This document shows, in pieces, positions 36,381-45,188 of a stretch of 64,000 nucleotides of DNA; the stretch's first letter is position 1; every line of letters starts with the position of its first letter. The stretch lies in assembly GCA_964236715.1 (NCBI GenBank), contig CAXSGE010000011.1, positions 14,007 to 78,006 of the forward strand, given 5' to 3'. Origin of the DNA: an uncultured Acetobacteraceae bacterium. GTDB taxonomy: Bacteria; Pseudomonadota; Alphaproteobacteria; Acetobacterales; Acetobacteraceae. The position numbers and the translations under genes were made by a program. Below the pieces are notes generated by a model. That model made no database searches. It had not been told where the DNA came from and was given only the letters and a program-made list of their open reading frames with translations.

Positions 36381-37387
36381 CGGTCGACCAATAAGACGAC
36401 GCTGGCGCCAATCCGCATCAGCGGCGCCGGCGGATTGTCCAGCAGCACGCGTACTGGGAACCGCTGGGCGATGCGCACCCAGTCGAGGCTTCGCGGGATG
36501 GCCGGGAGGCCGCCGCTCGTGGAAGCCTCGTCCGGCGAGACCCCGCCGCCAATGCTTTCGACCACGCCATGCACCGCCTGCCCGCCGAAGCTGAGCACGA
36601 AGGCCGTAGCGTGGAGGCCGGACCGCAGGCCGGATAGGTCGGTTTCGCGGAAGTTGCCGATCGCATACCAATGTTCGGTGTCGATGATGGTGAACACCGC
36701 CGTTCCCGTCGTGGCATACTCGCCCGCCGCCACCTTCAATGAGGTGATCTGCCCATCGCACGGCGACCGCACCACCGTGAGCCTCAGGTTGCGTTCGGCC
36801 AAGGCAAGCTCGGCTTGGGACGCCACAACCTGCGCTTCGAGCGACGCGACGTTTGTCACCGACTGCGCCGCAGCCCGGGCCTCGTCCCTGGCCGTCTGGA
36901 CCGATACTTGCGCGGTGCGCGCTGTCGTGCGGGCCTGATCAACCTGTTCGGTGCTGACATAGCCGCGCGCCCCGAGTGGCGCGAGCCGCCCCACAGTCAC
37001 GTTCGCCAGTGCGGATTGGGCCTCGGCGCTCTTGACCGCTGTTGCCGCAGCCTGTGCCTTGGAAACTTGCGAGGCAACTTGATTGATGTCGGTTGCGAGT
37101 TGGGCCTGGACGGAGGCCAACTGCGCCTTCGCCTGGGCAACGTGCTCGATGAACAGCTCCTGGTCGATGACGAACAGTTCATCGCCACGATGCACGAACT
37201 GGTTGTCGCGCACGTTCAGGCGGGTGATCCGTCCGCTCACGTCCGGCGCCATATGGATGATGTCCGCTTGAAGATAAGCGTCGTCGGTGCGCGGCCTGGT
37301 ATCGAGACGCCCGACTGCCAGGAACAGCAGGACTGCCACTGCTGCCAGCACGAGGAGGCTGATGACGATGCCGAGTGCCTTTCGCAT
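36377..37387 (-). CDS. mdtN: multidrug efflux membrane fusion protein MdtN
   Basis: PRTDDAY, APDVSGRI, GNFRETDL, LDWVRIAQRFPVRV; lies between ytcA and the FUSC gene. Confidence 0.85.
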   Translation of the reverse strand: MRKALGIVISLLVLAAVAVLLFLAVGRLDTRPRTDDAYLQADIIHMAPDVSGRITRLNVRDNQFVHRGDELFVIDQELFIEHVAQAKAQLASVQAQLATDINQVASQVSKAQAAATAVKSAEAQSALANVTVGRLAPLGARGYVSTEQVDQARTTARTAQVSVQTARDEARAAAQSVTNVASLEAQVVASQAELALAERNLRLTVVRSPCDGQITSLKVAAGEYATTGTAVFTIIDTEHWYAIGNFRETDLSGLRSGLHATAFVLSFGGQAVHGVVESIGGGVSPDEASTSGGLPAIPRSLDWVRIAQRFPVRVLLDNPPAPLMRIGASVVLLVDR

Positions 37388-37392
37388 CCGCC

Positions 37393-37704
37393 TCAGTGCC
37401 CGAACCAGAAGAGCCACGCCGCAAGCGCAACGGCTATTCCGATGCCGACGTAGGTCAATGGTGGAAACAAGAGCTGGTCGCTTAGCCCGGCGAACTTGAA
37501 GATGAAGCGGCACAGAACGGCCGCGCAGAGGCCGATGATGGAACAAACCAGCCAGGACGGGACAAAAGAACCGAACACGTTTTGCGCAGGCGCGGCGCTG
37601 CAAGCCGAGCAGCCAGATGCGATCAAGGCTGCCGTAGAGCGACGAACCCATTTGGACGCCGACGCACGAGCCCGGAAACGGCTGAATGACGAAAGGCCGC
37701 TCAT
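37393..37704 (-). CDS. ytcA: YtcA family lipoprotein
   Basis: C.AAPAQNVFGSFVPSWLVC motif and position before mdtN; start uncertain. Confidence 0.78.
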   Translation of the reverse strand: MSGLSSFSRFRARASASKWVRRSTAALIASGCSACSAAPAQNVFGSFVPSWLVCSIIGLCAAVLCRFIFKFAGLSDQLLFPPLTYVGIGIAVALAAWLFWFGH

Positions 37705-38093
37705 AGCTAACGGGGCTATTATTTCCAGGGTTTTATCGCAGCATGAAAAGCTTTCACTCAAGTCTCCCATTGTGGCGGCGATGGAAATCGGGCGCGGTCC
37801 CGAGCGTGGCAGTCCTGAGGTCAAGACTCTCGCCGCGGCTACGCCGTCCAACAGGACCATGGCCTGGAATGCGGCCGTCAAGGTTGTGGAGTTGCGGTGT
37901 AGTTGGCTTGGCCTCGCTGATTGCAGAGTGATGGACGGCGCACCATTGTTGCATTGAGTTATGGTGCGCGGGGCGGCGCGGCAATCGCCTGTGTATCGCG
38001 ATCTTGCTGCTCACTGTCCGCAGCCGGGTCAGGCCGTCGCAGCCGCATGGCCTGAAATTACCGTTTGGAATGGCCGGCCGATTGGACCACGCT

Positions 38094-38202
38094 CTAGTGC
38101 TCTGACGCAGACGAAGGAAGCAGCCTGCGTCAGAGCACTAGCCTTGTTTGGTGGACTGATTCAGCCAACGCCATGAAGCGGGCGTTGGCATCAGGCCACT
38201 AG
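38094..38202 (-). repeat. CTAG-bounded two-module palindromic element, copy C
   Basis: Three CTAG (38094, 38138, 38199); 48-bp hairpin with perfect 17-bp arms plus 65-bp module homologous to 10273-10339. Confidence 0.88.
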
Positions 38203-38256
38203 GCGTTCAGTCCCGGAATATGATGCTGCAAACTTACCCCCCGGCCCGTCAGTTCC

Positions 38257-38769
38257 TCATCGCAGCATGAGGCGGGCCAGCACGTAGCCGAACCCTGCCG
38301 CGATGAGCAGCGCCGTCATCGGGCGCGCCGCCATGAAGCCGTCCAGTTCAGCACCCATGGTGGACCCGTCTCCACGGATCGTCCTTCTGGCTGAGGCAAA
38401 GGTGTCCCGAACCTGTCCGGCACTCTGCTTTGCCTTGCCCTTAACTTGGGATTCGCCCTTGCCGCGAAGGTGGTTGCTCGCATCTCTGATCCGAGTTTCG
38501 TCCCCACTCTTAGAGGCGCGAGCTGATGCCGGGCCATCCGCGGCCGATTGGTGGACAGGCTCGTGAACGGGATGAGCCTCGAAGCCCTCATTGGCGAGGT
38601 GGACCACCACCCGATGCTCCTCGGGATCGCCGCTTACGAGAACTTCGCCGCGCTCGGGATCGACGACGACGCCTTGCACGTCAGCAACGAGGCCCAGCGA
38701 CCGCTTGAGCGCCGCCACACGGATTTCGTCATCTAGGCCAGAGATCTTCAGCCGCAGCGTCCGGGACAT
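38257..38769 (-). CDS. HMA-like domain fused to CsbD-like and ElaB/DUF883-like segments
   Basis: LRLKISGL...VQGVVVD...GEVLV (no CxxC); QVKGKAKQSAGQVRD; RPMTALLIAAGFGYVLARL tail anchor. Confidence 0.65.
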   Translation of the reverse strand: MSRTLRLKISGLDDEIRVAALKRSLGLVADVQGVVVDPERGEVLVSGDPEEHRVVVHLANEGFEAHPVHEPVHQSAADGPASARASKSGDETRIRDASNHLRGKGESQVKGKAKQSAGQVRDTFASARRTIRGDGSTMGAELDGFMAARPMTALLIAAGFGYVLARLMLR

Positions 38770-38844
38770 TGGTTTACCTTCCATCGATCATGCCCTGCTT
38801 AACTGGGAATAGAGCCGCATCCAACGCACAGACTGATGCCATCA

Positions 38845-39099
38845 TCAATACAGCATCCCGCGCGCCAGCACGTCCTCCGGCGCCGGCAGGTCCCACAAGA
38901 TGTCGGCCTGGGCGAGCCCATCCCGCCACGCGGCCAGCATCGCGCCGGTGCGGGCGAAGGGCGCGCCCTTGTGGTCGTTCGCGTAGCGCACTGGCGGCAG
39001 CAGCTCCGGCCGATGCACCACCTCGAGCGCGGGGTCGAGCGCCCGCAGCCGGCCGACATTCGCAGGCTCCAGCGGCGAGCAGATGAACAGGACGGGCAT
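38845..39099 (-). pseudogene. truncated D-2-hydroxyacid dehydrogenase (N-terminus only)
   Basis: Coupled to the ABC ATPase stop; CSPLEPANVGRL...PELLPPVRYANDH...ADILWD, then ends at 84 aa. Confidence 0.6.
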
Positions 39100-40076
39100 C
39101 AGGCCTCCACGAGATGGCAGGCGGCGCCATGGCTCGAGCGCACGCGCATCGCCGGACGCTCGACCCGGCAGCGGTCGAACGCCTGCGGGCAGCGCGGATG
39201 GAACGGGCAGCCTGGCGGCATCTGCAGCGGGCTCGGCAACTCGCCGCGCACCGCGCTTTCGGCGTCGCGCCGCCGGGTGTCCAACGTGGGTGCGGCGCGT
39301 AGCAGCGCCTGGGTGTAGGGATGCAGCGGCGCATCGAACACGCGCTCCGTAGGGCCGTGCTCGACGACGCGGCCGAGATACATGACCGCCACCTGATGGG
39401 CCAGATGCCGCACCACCCGCAGGTCGTGCGAAACGAACAGGATGGCAAGGCCCAGCCGTTCCTGCATGTCCAACAGCAGGTTCAGCACCTGGGCCTGCAC
39501 GGAGACGTCGAGCGCCGATACGATCTCGTCGGCGATCAGCAGCTCCGGCTCCACCGCCAGCGCCCGGGCGATCGCGATGCGCTGGCGCTGCCCGCCGGAA
39601 AACTCGTGCGGCTGGCGGTCCGCCGCGCCTGCCGGCAGCCGCACGAGGTGCAGCAGCTCCTTGATCCGGGCGTCAACCTGGCTCTCCGGAACCATGCGAT
39701 GCACCCGCAGCGCCTCGCCGATCGTCTCGCCGACCGTCATGCGGGGGTTGAGCGAGCCGTACGGGTCCTGGAACACCATCTGCACCCGGCGGTTATAGCG
39801 GCGCAGCGCCTCGCCTCGCAGCGCCCGCACGTCCTGCCCGTCATAGTCGACCTGCCCACCATCAAGCGTCAGCAGCCGTACCAGGGCGCGGGCCAGGGTG
39901 GACTTGCCGCAGCCGGACTCGCCCACCACGGCCAGCGTCTCGCCCCGGTTCACCGCCAATGTCACGCCTGCCAGCGCCTGCACGGTGCGCCTGCCCCCGC
40001 CGCGGAGCGTATCCAGCAGGCCGCGCCGCACGGCGAAACCCAGGGTCAGGTCGTCGGCCCGCAGCAGGACGCTCAT
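39099..40076 (-). CDS. oligopeptide/dipeptide ABC ATP-binding protein (DppF-like)
   Basis: GESGCGKST, FSGGQRQR, HPYTQALL, GCPFHPRC. Confidence 0.93.
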   Translation of the reverse strand: MSVLLRADDLTLGFAVRRGLLDTLRGGGRRTVQALAGVTLAVNRGETLAVVGESGCGKSTLARALVRLLTLDGGQVDYDGQDVRALRGEALRRYNRRVQMVFQDPYGSLNPRMTVGETIGEALRVHRMVPESQVDARIKELLHLVRLPAGAADRQPHEFSGGQRQRIAIARALAVEPELLIADEIVSALDVSVQAQVLNLLLDMQERLGLAILFVSHDLRVVRHLAHQVAVMYLGRVVEHGPTERVFDAPLHPYTQALLRAAPTLDTRRRDAESAVRGELPSPLQMPPGCPFHPRCPQAFDRCRVERPAMRVRSSHGAACHLVEA

Positions 40077-41062
40077 GCCGCCGCCTCGGCGCGAGCCGCC
40101 GCACGGACCGCGCCGGCCCGGATGCAGGCGGTGGCGTGGCCGGGCGCTATCCCCGCCAGCGGCGGGATGGCGGCCTCGCAGTCCGGGCGCACGAAGCCGC
40201 AACGCGGCGCGAAGCGGCAGCCCGGCGGCAAGGCGGACGGGTCGGCCAGGTCGGACGGGCTGCCGGGAATGCCGGCCAGGCGCTGGCGGGCCTGCCGCGC
40301 GCTGGGCAGCGAACCCAGCAGGCCCAGCGTGTAGGCGTGGGCAGGGTCGCGCAGGACCGTCTCCACGCCCCCGGTTTCCAGCACCCGCCCGGCATACATC
40401 ACCGCCACGCGGTCGCACGTGCTGGCAACGACGCCGAGGTCGTGGGTCACGATCGCGACCGCCATGCCTAGCTCCGCTTTCAGCCGCAACAGCAGTTTGA
40501 GGATCTGGTCCTGGATGGTCACGTCCAGCGCCGTGGTCGGCTCGTCCGCGAGCAGCAGCTTCGGGCCGGAGGCCAGCGCGATCGCAATCATCGCCCGCTG
40601 CCGCATCCCGCCGGAGAACTCGTGCGGGTAGCTGCCCAGCCGGCCGGTGGCGCCAGGGATGCCGACCAGGTCGAGCAGCTCGGCCGCACGGCGCCGGGCT
40701 GCCCGGCCGCGCAGGCCGAGATGCTCATTGAGGCTCTCGGTGATCTGCAGGCCGACGGTCAGCACCGGGTTCAGCGCGGTCATCGGTTCCTGGAACACCA
40801 TCGCGATCTCACGCCCGCGTATCGCGCGTATTGCCGGTTCCGTCAGCGCCGTGAGGTCCTGCCCCCGCCACAGCACCTGGCCCGACAGGGTGGCGGACGG
40901 GGGCAGCAGGCGCAGGATGGCGCGGAGGGTCAGGCTTTTGCCCGAACCGGACTCGCCGACGATGCCCACCACCTCGCCGGCGCCGATGTCGAGGTCGACG
41001 CCATCCACCGGGCGGGCACCGCCGATGCCGACGCCGACGTTGCGCAGGGAAAGCAAGCTCAG
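40073..41062 (-). CDS. oligopeptide/dipeptide ABC ATP-binding protein (DppD-like)
   Basis: [35 protein letters not shown]; start is CTG 41062 or TTG 41056. Confidence 0.9.
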   Translation of the reverse strand: MSLLSLRNVGVGIGGARPVDGVDLDIGAGEVVGIVGESGSGKSLTLRAILRLLPPSATLSGQVLWRGQDLTALTEPAIRAIRGREIAMVFQEPMTALNPVLTVGLQITESLNEHLGLRGRAARRRAAELLDLVGIPGATGRLGSYPHEFSGGMRQRAMIAIALASGPKLLLADEPTTALDVTIQDQILKLLLRLKAELGMAVAIVTHDLGVVASTCDRVAVMYAGRVLETGGVETVLRDPAHAYTLGLLGSLPSARQARQRLAGIPGSPSDLADPSALPPGCRFAPRCGFVRPDCEAAIPPLAGIAPGHATACIRAGAVRAAARAEAAA

Positions 41063-41904
41063 GCCCGGCGCCCCAGCCAGCCGGCCAGCCCGTCGCCCAG
41101 CAGGCTGAACCCGGTGCCGGCGATGACGATGGCAATGCCCGGGAAGATCGACATCCACCAGGCCGTCGTCATGAAGTTTTTGCCGTCGGCGATCAGCACG
41201 CCCCACTCCGCCGCCGGCGGCTGCGCGCCGAGGCCGAGGTAGCCAAGCGAGGAGCCCAGCAGGATCGCCAGCGCCATGTCCGTCATCCAATAAACCACCA
41301 ATGGCGACACCGCGTTCGGCAGCAAGTGGCGGAACATGACGCGCAGCGTGCCATAGCCCATCACCCGTCCGGCCGCCGCATAGTCCAGCCTCGCTTGCGC
41401 CCGCACCTCTGCCCGCATCAGCCGCGCGTAGATGATCCAGTTCACCGCGGAGATGGCGACATACATGTTGCGCAGCCCCGGCCCCAGCACGGCGACGATG
41501 GCGATCACCAGCACCAGGAACGGGATGGTCACGAACACGTCGACCACGCGGCGGAAAATTGCGTCCGCCCAGCCGCCGGCATAGCCGACGACGCAGCCCA
41601 CGAGCGTGCCGAACACGGCGGCGAACACGGTCGAGAACACCGCGATCTGCAGGTCGATCCGCGCCGCCCAGACCGTGCGCGACAGCACGTCGCGGCCGAA
41701 GTTGTCGGTGCCGAACGGATGCGCGAGGCTGGGCGGCTTGAGCAGCGCGCGGAAGTCGAAAGCGTTGGGCAGATAGGGCGCGATCCGCTCGGGCACCACG
41801 GCGCAGGCGAGGAAACCCAGTAGGATGAATACGCCGGCCGCCGTGGCGAGGCGCGGGCGGCGCCAAACCCGCCTTGGCCGCAGCGCAATCGCTGTGACGC
41901 TCAC
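41059..41904 (-). CDS. peptide ABC permease (DppC-like)
   Basis: HPFGTDNFGRDVLSR, RHLLPN, LGLGAQPP.AEWG. Confidence 0.93.
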   Translation of the reverse strand: MSVTAIALRPRRVWRRPRLATAAGVFILLGFLACAVVPERIAPYLPNAFDFRALLKPPSLAHPFGTDNFGRDVLSRTVWAARIDLQIAVFSTVFAAVFGTLVGCVVGYAGGWADAIFRRVVDVFVTIPFLVLVIAIVAVLGPGLRNMYVAISAVNWIIYARLMRAEVRAQARLDYAAAGRVMGYGTLRVMFRHLLPNAVSPLVVYWMTDMALAILLGSSLGYLGLGAQPPAAEWGVLIADGKNFMTTAWWMSIFPGIAIVIAGTGFSLLGDGLAGWLGRRA

Positions 41905-42839
41905 GCGCCAGACCTGGGGTCGAGCATCGCCTGAATTGCGTCGAGCAGCAGGAACACCACCGAGACCAGGATGGCGAGCACCATCGTCAGCCCCTGCATC
42001 ACGGCGTAGTCGCGGGCGAAAATGCTGTCGATGGTCAGCCGCCCTATGCCCGGGATGGCGAACACCGTCTCGGTGATGACGGCGCCGCCGACCAGCGTCC
42101 CGATGTTCAGCCCGAGTAGCGTGACCGTCGAGATCCAGGCATTGCGCAGCACGTGGCGTCCGAGCACCACGCGCCGTCGCAGCCCCTTTGCGGTGGCGAA
42201 GCCGACATAATCGGCGCGCAATGCCTCGATCAGCGCGGCCCGCAGATTCCGCAGCAGGACCGCCGAGAGCGACAAGGCGAGCGTCAGCGCCGGCAGGAAC
42301 AGGTAATACAGGTCCTGCACGAAGCCGTTGCCGATGCCGCCGACCGGGAACCAGTGCAGCCCCGCCGCCAGCGTGATCAGCAGCACCAGCCCGATGTAGA
42401 ACACCGGCATCGACAGGCTGATTTGCGACACGGTCCGGATCAGCAGGTCGGCCCAGCTCCCCTGGCGCAGCGCCGCCACGAAGGCGAGCGGCACCGCAAT
42501 CAGCAGCGCCAGCACGGCCGCCATCCCGGTCAGCATGAGGGTGATCGGCAGCCCGTCGCGGATCAGTTGCGACACCGGCACCCGCAGGGTCAGCGAGTCG
42601 CCGAGGTCGAGCCGGACCGTGTGGGCCAGGAACTCCCAGAACTGCGCCGCAATCGAGCGGTCGAGGCCGAGCTCGTGGTGCAGGTGCGCGATCTGCGCGT
42701 CGGACGCCCGCTCGCCCAGCAGCGCCACCGCCGGGTCGCCCGGCAGCACCCGCATCAGCCCGAACACCAGCAGCGCCACCAGCACCACGGTCACGGCGAC
42801 CTGGATCACGCGGCGGCCCAGGATCACGAGCACGGGCAT
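41901..42839 (-). CDS. peptide ABC permease (DppB-like)
   Basis: LPGDPA, DLGDS, AKGL..RHVLRNA, TETVFAIPGIG. Confidence 0.93.
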   Translation of the reverse strand: MPVLVILGRRVIQVAVTVVLVALLVFGLMRVLPGDPAVALLGERASDAQIAHLHHELGLDRSIAAQFWEFLAHTVRLDLGDSLTLRVPVSQLIRDGLPITLMLTGMAAVLALLIAVPLAFVAALRQGSWADLLIRTVSQISLSMPVFYIGLVLLITLAAGLHWFPVGGIGNGFVQDLYYLFLPALTLALSLSAVLLRNLRAALIEALRADYVGFATAKGLRRRVVLGRHVLRNAWISTVTLLGLNIGTLVGGAVITETVFAIPGIGRLTIDSIFARDYAVMQGLTMVLAILVSVVFLLLDAIQAMLDPRSGA

Positions 42840-42851
42840 GGCCGGGCGCGC

Positions 42852-44450
42852 CTATTTGTCGACCGAGGCCTCGACGAACATGTTGTTGCCCAGCGGGATC
42901 TGCACGAATCCGTGCACGGCTTTGCGCATGGCGACGGGATACGGGACCTCCATCGCGAACACGATCGGCGCCGCTTCGGCGAAGCGCTCCTGGATTTCCT
43001 TATACTCCGCGGCGCGTTTCGCAGGGTCCAGTTCCTCCTGGCTCTGCTCGAACAGCGCGTCGACCCGCTTGTCCTGCCAGCCGGAGTGGCCGGACTGCCG
43101 GGTCAGGTAGTAGGCCAGGATGGAGGTGACCTCGTTCGGATCGTTAATGTCGTTGGTCCACAGCGACGCCCGCATCTGGAAGTCGCCGGCGTTGAAGCGG
43201 GCGAGACGGGTGGCCGAGTCGAGTTGCTCGATCTGGAGCCGCACGCCCACTTGCTCCCACAATTGCTGCAGCACCGTCAGCTTAGCCGCATCGTCGGCGC
43301 TGCCCGCGAGCGCCATCGAGGTGATTTCGAAACCGGATGCGTAGCCCGCCTGCGCCAGCAACGCCTTCGCCTTCGCGGGGTCGTAGGGGTAGAGCTGGGC
43401 CGGGCCACTGGCGAGCGGCGTCGACATAGGCATCAGGCTGCGCTGCAACGTGCCGGTGCCGTAGCTGACGGCCTGGATCAGCGCCTCCTTATCGGTGGCG
43501 TAGTTTAGCGCCTGCCGCACGCGCCCATCGGCCATCGGGTTCTTCGACCCGTCCTTGAACGTCGGCCGCACGTTGAGCGAGAAGTAGTTCACCTGGGCGG
43601 CTGGGAACAGCACCATGTTGAGCTTGGGATCCGCCTTCAGCTCCTCGACGCGCGAGTACGGCACGAACTCGGCGACGTCCAGCTCGCCCGCGCGCAGCTT
43701 CAGGATGCGGGTCGCGTCGTCGGGGATGATCACCAGGCGCACGCTGTCGAGGTAGGGGAGTGGCTTGCCGTCCTCCGCCTTGCGCCAGTAATGCGGGTTG
43801 CGCGCCAGCACCATCTCGCTGTTGCGCTTCCAGCTTTCCAAGGTGAAGGGGCCGGAGCCTACGGGATGGTCGGCGAAGGCCTTGGTCTTTTCCTCAATTG
43901 TCGCGCCCGGCGCCGCCATCAGCAGCTTCTCCGGCATGATGCCCGCGTTGAAGGTCGACAGCGCCTGCAGGATCACCGGGTCGGGGTGGGCCATGTGCAG
44001 CACCACGGCGTCGGCGCCAGTCTTGTTTGCAACGTCGATCGACGCGATCGAGGCCAGCAGGAAGGCGAATTCGCCACCGCCAGGCTTGGCGCGGGCACGG
44101 TCCAGCGACCATTTCACGTCGCTGGCCCCGAGCGGCGAGCCGTCGGCGAATTTCAGGCCGGGGCGGAGCGTCAGCGTGACGGTCTTGCCGTCCTCCGACA
44201 CGGTCCAGGCGCTCGCCAGGCCCGGCTGCACGCCGGCGCCGTCCGGAGTCGGCTGCAGCAGCGTGTCGTAGATGTTCAGCGAAATCCAAATGTCGGCATT
44301 CTGCGACGTGCGGGTGGGATCGAGATACTGGCTCTCGATTTGACGGCCGAATACCAGCGTGCCGCCACGGGTCACGGCAGCGGACGGGCGGGCTGGCAGG
44401 ATGGCGACGGCAAGCAGCAGGGCGGCGGCAATCCAAGGCGTGCGTTGCAT
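42852..44450 (-). CDS. peptide ABC substrate-binding protein (family 5)
   Basis: Signal peptide, RGGTL, LDP, KFADGSPL, PVGSGPF, PYLD. Confidence 0.93.
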   Translation of the reverse strand: MQRTPWIAAALLLAVAILPARPSAAVTRGGTLVFGRQIESQYLDPTRTSQNADIWISLNIYDTLLQPTPDGAGVQPGLASAWTVSEDGKTVTLTLRPGLKFADGSPLGASDVKWSLDRARAKPGGGEFAFLLASIASIDVANKTGADAVVLHMAHPDPVILQALSTFNAGIMPEKLLMAAPGATIEEKTKAFADHPVGSGPFTLESWKRNSEMVLARNPHYWRKAEDGKPLPYLDSVRLVIIPDDATRILKLRAGELDVAEFVPYSRVEELKADPKLNMVLFPAAQVNYFSLNVRPTFKDGSKNPMADGRVRQALNYATDKEALIQAVSYGTGTLQRSLMPMSTPLASGPAQLYPYDPAKAKALLAQAGYASGFEITSMALAGSADDAAKLTVLQQLWEQVGVRLQIEQLDSATRLARFNAGDFQMRASLWTNDINDPNEVTSILAYYLTRQSGHSGWQDKRVDALFEQSQEELDPAKRAAEYKEIQERFAEAAPIVFAMEVPYPVAMRKAVHGFVQIPLGNNMFVEASVDK

Positions 44451-44673
44451 GGCGGCTCCATCGATCCCAAGACTTGTGGCAATGCCATGCAAGACCTGTG
44501 CAACTGGGCGTGACCGAAATCGGCCGGGACACCGTGCCAGCGGCCTAGGGAGATGAGTTCGGCGCCTTGCGACGCCGCTTCGTGGAGCATGCGGCGGGCG
44601 CGTCGACCGTAGCCGATGCCGCATCATTCGCTGCGATTGCGGGCCGGCCCATTTCCCGCAGTCGCGAGCCGGT

Positions 44674-45024
44674 CTAATCCGGCGTGCTGGCGACGATCCG
44701 GAACAGCAGTTCCTCGCCGTCGGGCCGCCCTAGCCGGACCAACTCGCCGGGGCGGAACACGTGACCCTCGAACGCCCAAAGCGGGTCGTCCTCGCTGACC
44801 AGGCTTTGCAAGGCCCAGCCCTCGTCGAGGCGGATCAATTCCGATTGCCTGTCATCAACGCCACGAAGGCTGCGGATTGCGAGCCAAGGAAACGGATCGC
44901 TGTCATAGGCCGCCCAGTCGATCTGGCCTTGGGTGTTGAGGGCCAGCCGCACCGTCAATTGATCTTCAAGATCGCCCTCCGGACACCCCGGCCCTTTGGC
45001 CAGCAGCATGGTCAGCTTTGCCAT
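44674..45024 (-). CDS. conserved hypothetical protein
   Basis: LAKGPGCPEGD...HVFRPGELV...FRIV; GAGG RBS; downstream of kup. Confidence 0.75.
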   Translation of the reverse strand: MAKLTMLLAKGPGCPEGDLEDQLTVRLALNTQGQIDWAAYDSDPFPWLAIRSLRGVDDRQSELIRLDEGWALQSLVSEDDPLWAFEGHVFRPGELVRLGRPDGEELLFRIVASTPD

Positions 45025-45188
45025 CACCTCGCCTTAAACGCGCCCGTATGGTGATCGGCGTGCGCGGTTGCCCTGTCGGTCCCGAGCGCTGTCTCGTTAC
45101 GCTCGCTTGATCCTAGTTAGACCCTATTACATGACAATGCGAGAGGCTTCGCCTGGTTTTGGTCCGAGATGCTGCGGCCATGTCACAG

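Noticed and set aside
27922-39099. The two D-2-hydroxyacid dehydrogenase remnants as halves of one split gene
   Set aside because: Opposite strands, different operons and apparently different subfamilies; no target duplication seen
44487-44503. Sigma54-like TTGCAC-N5-TTGCA upstream of the peptide-binding protein
   Set aside because: Lacks the invariant GG at -24; may be another operator
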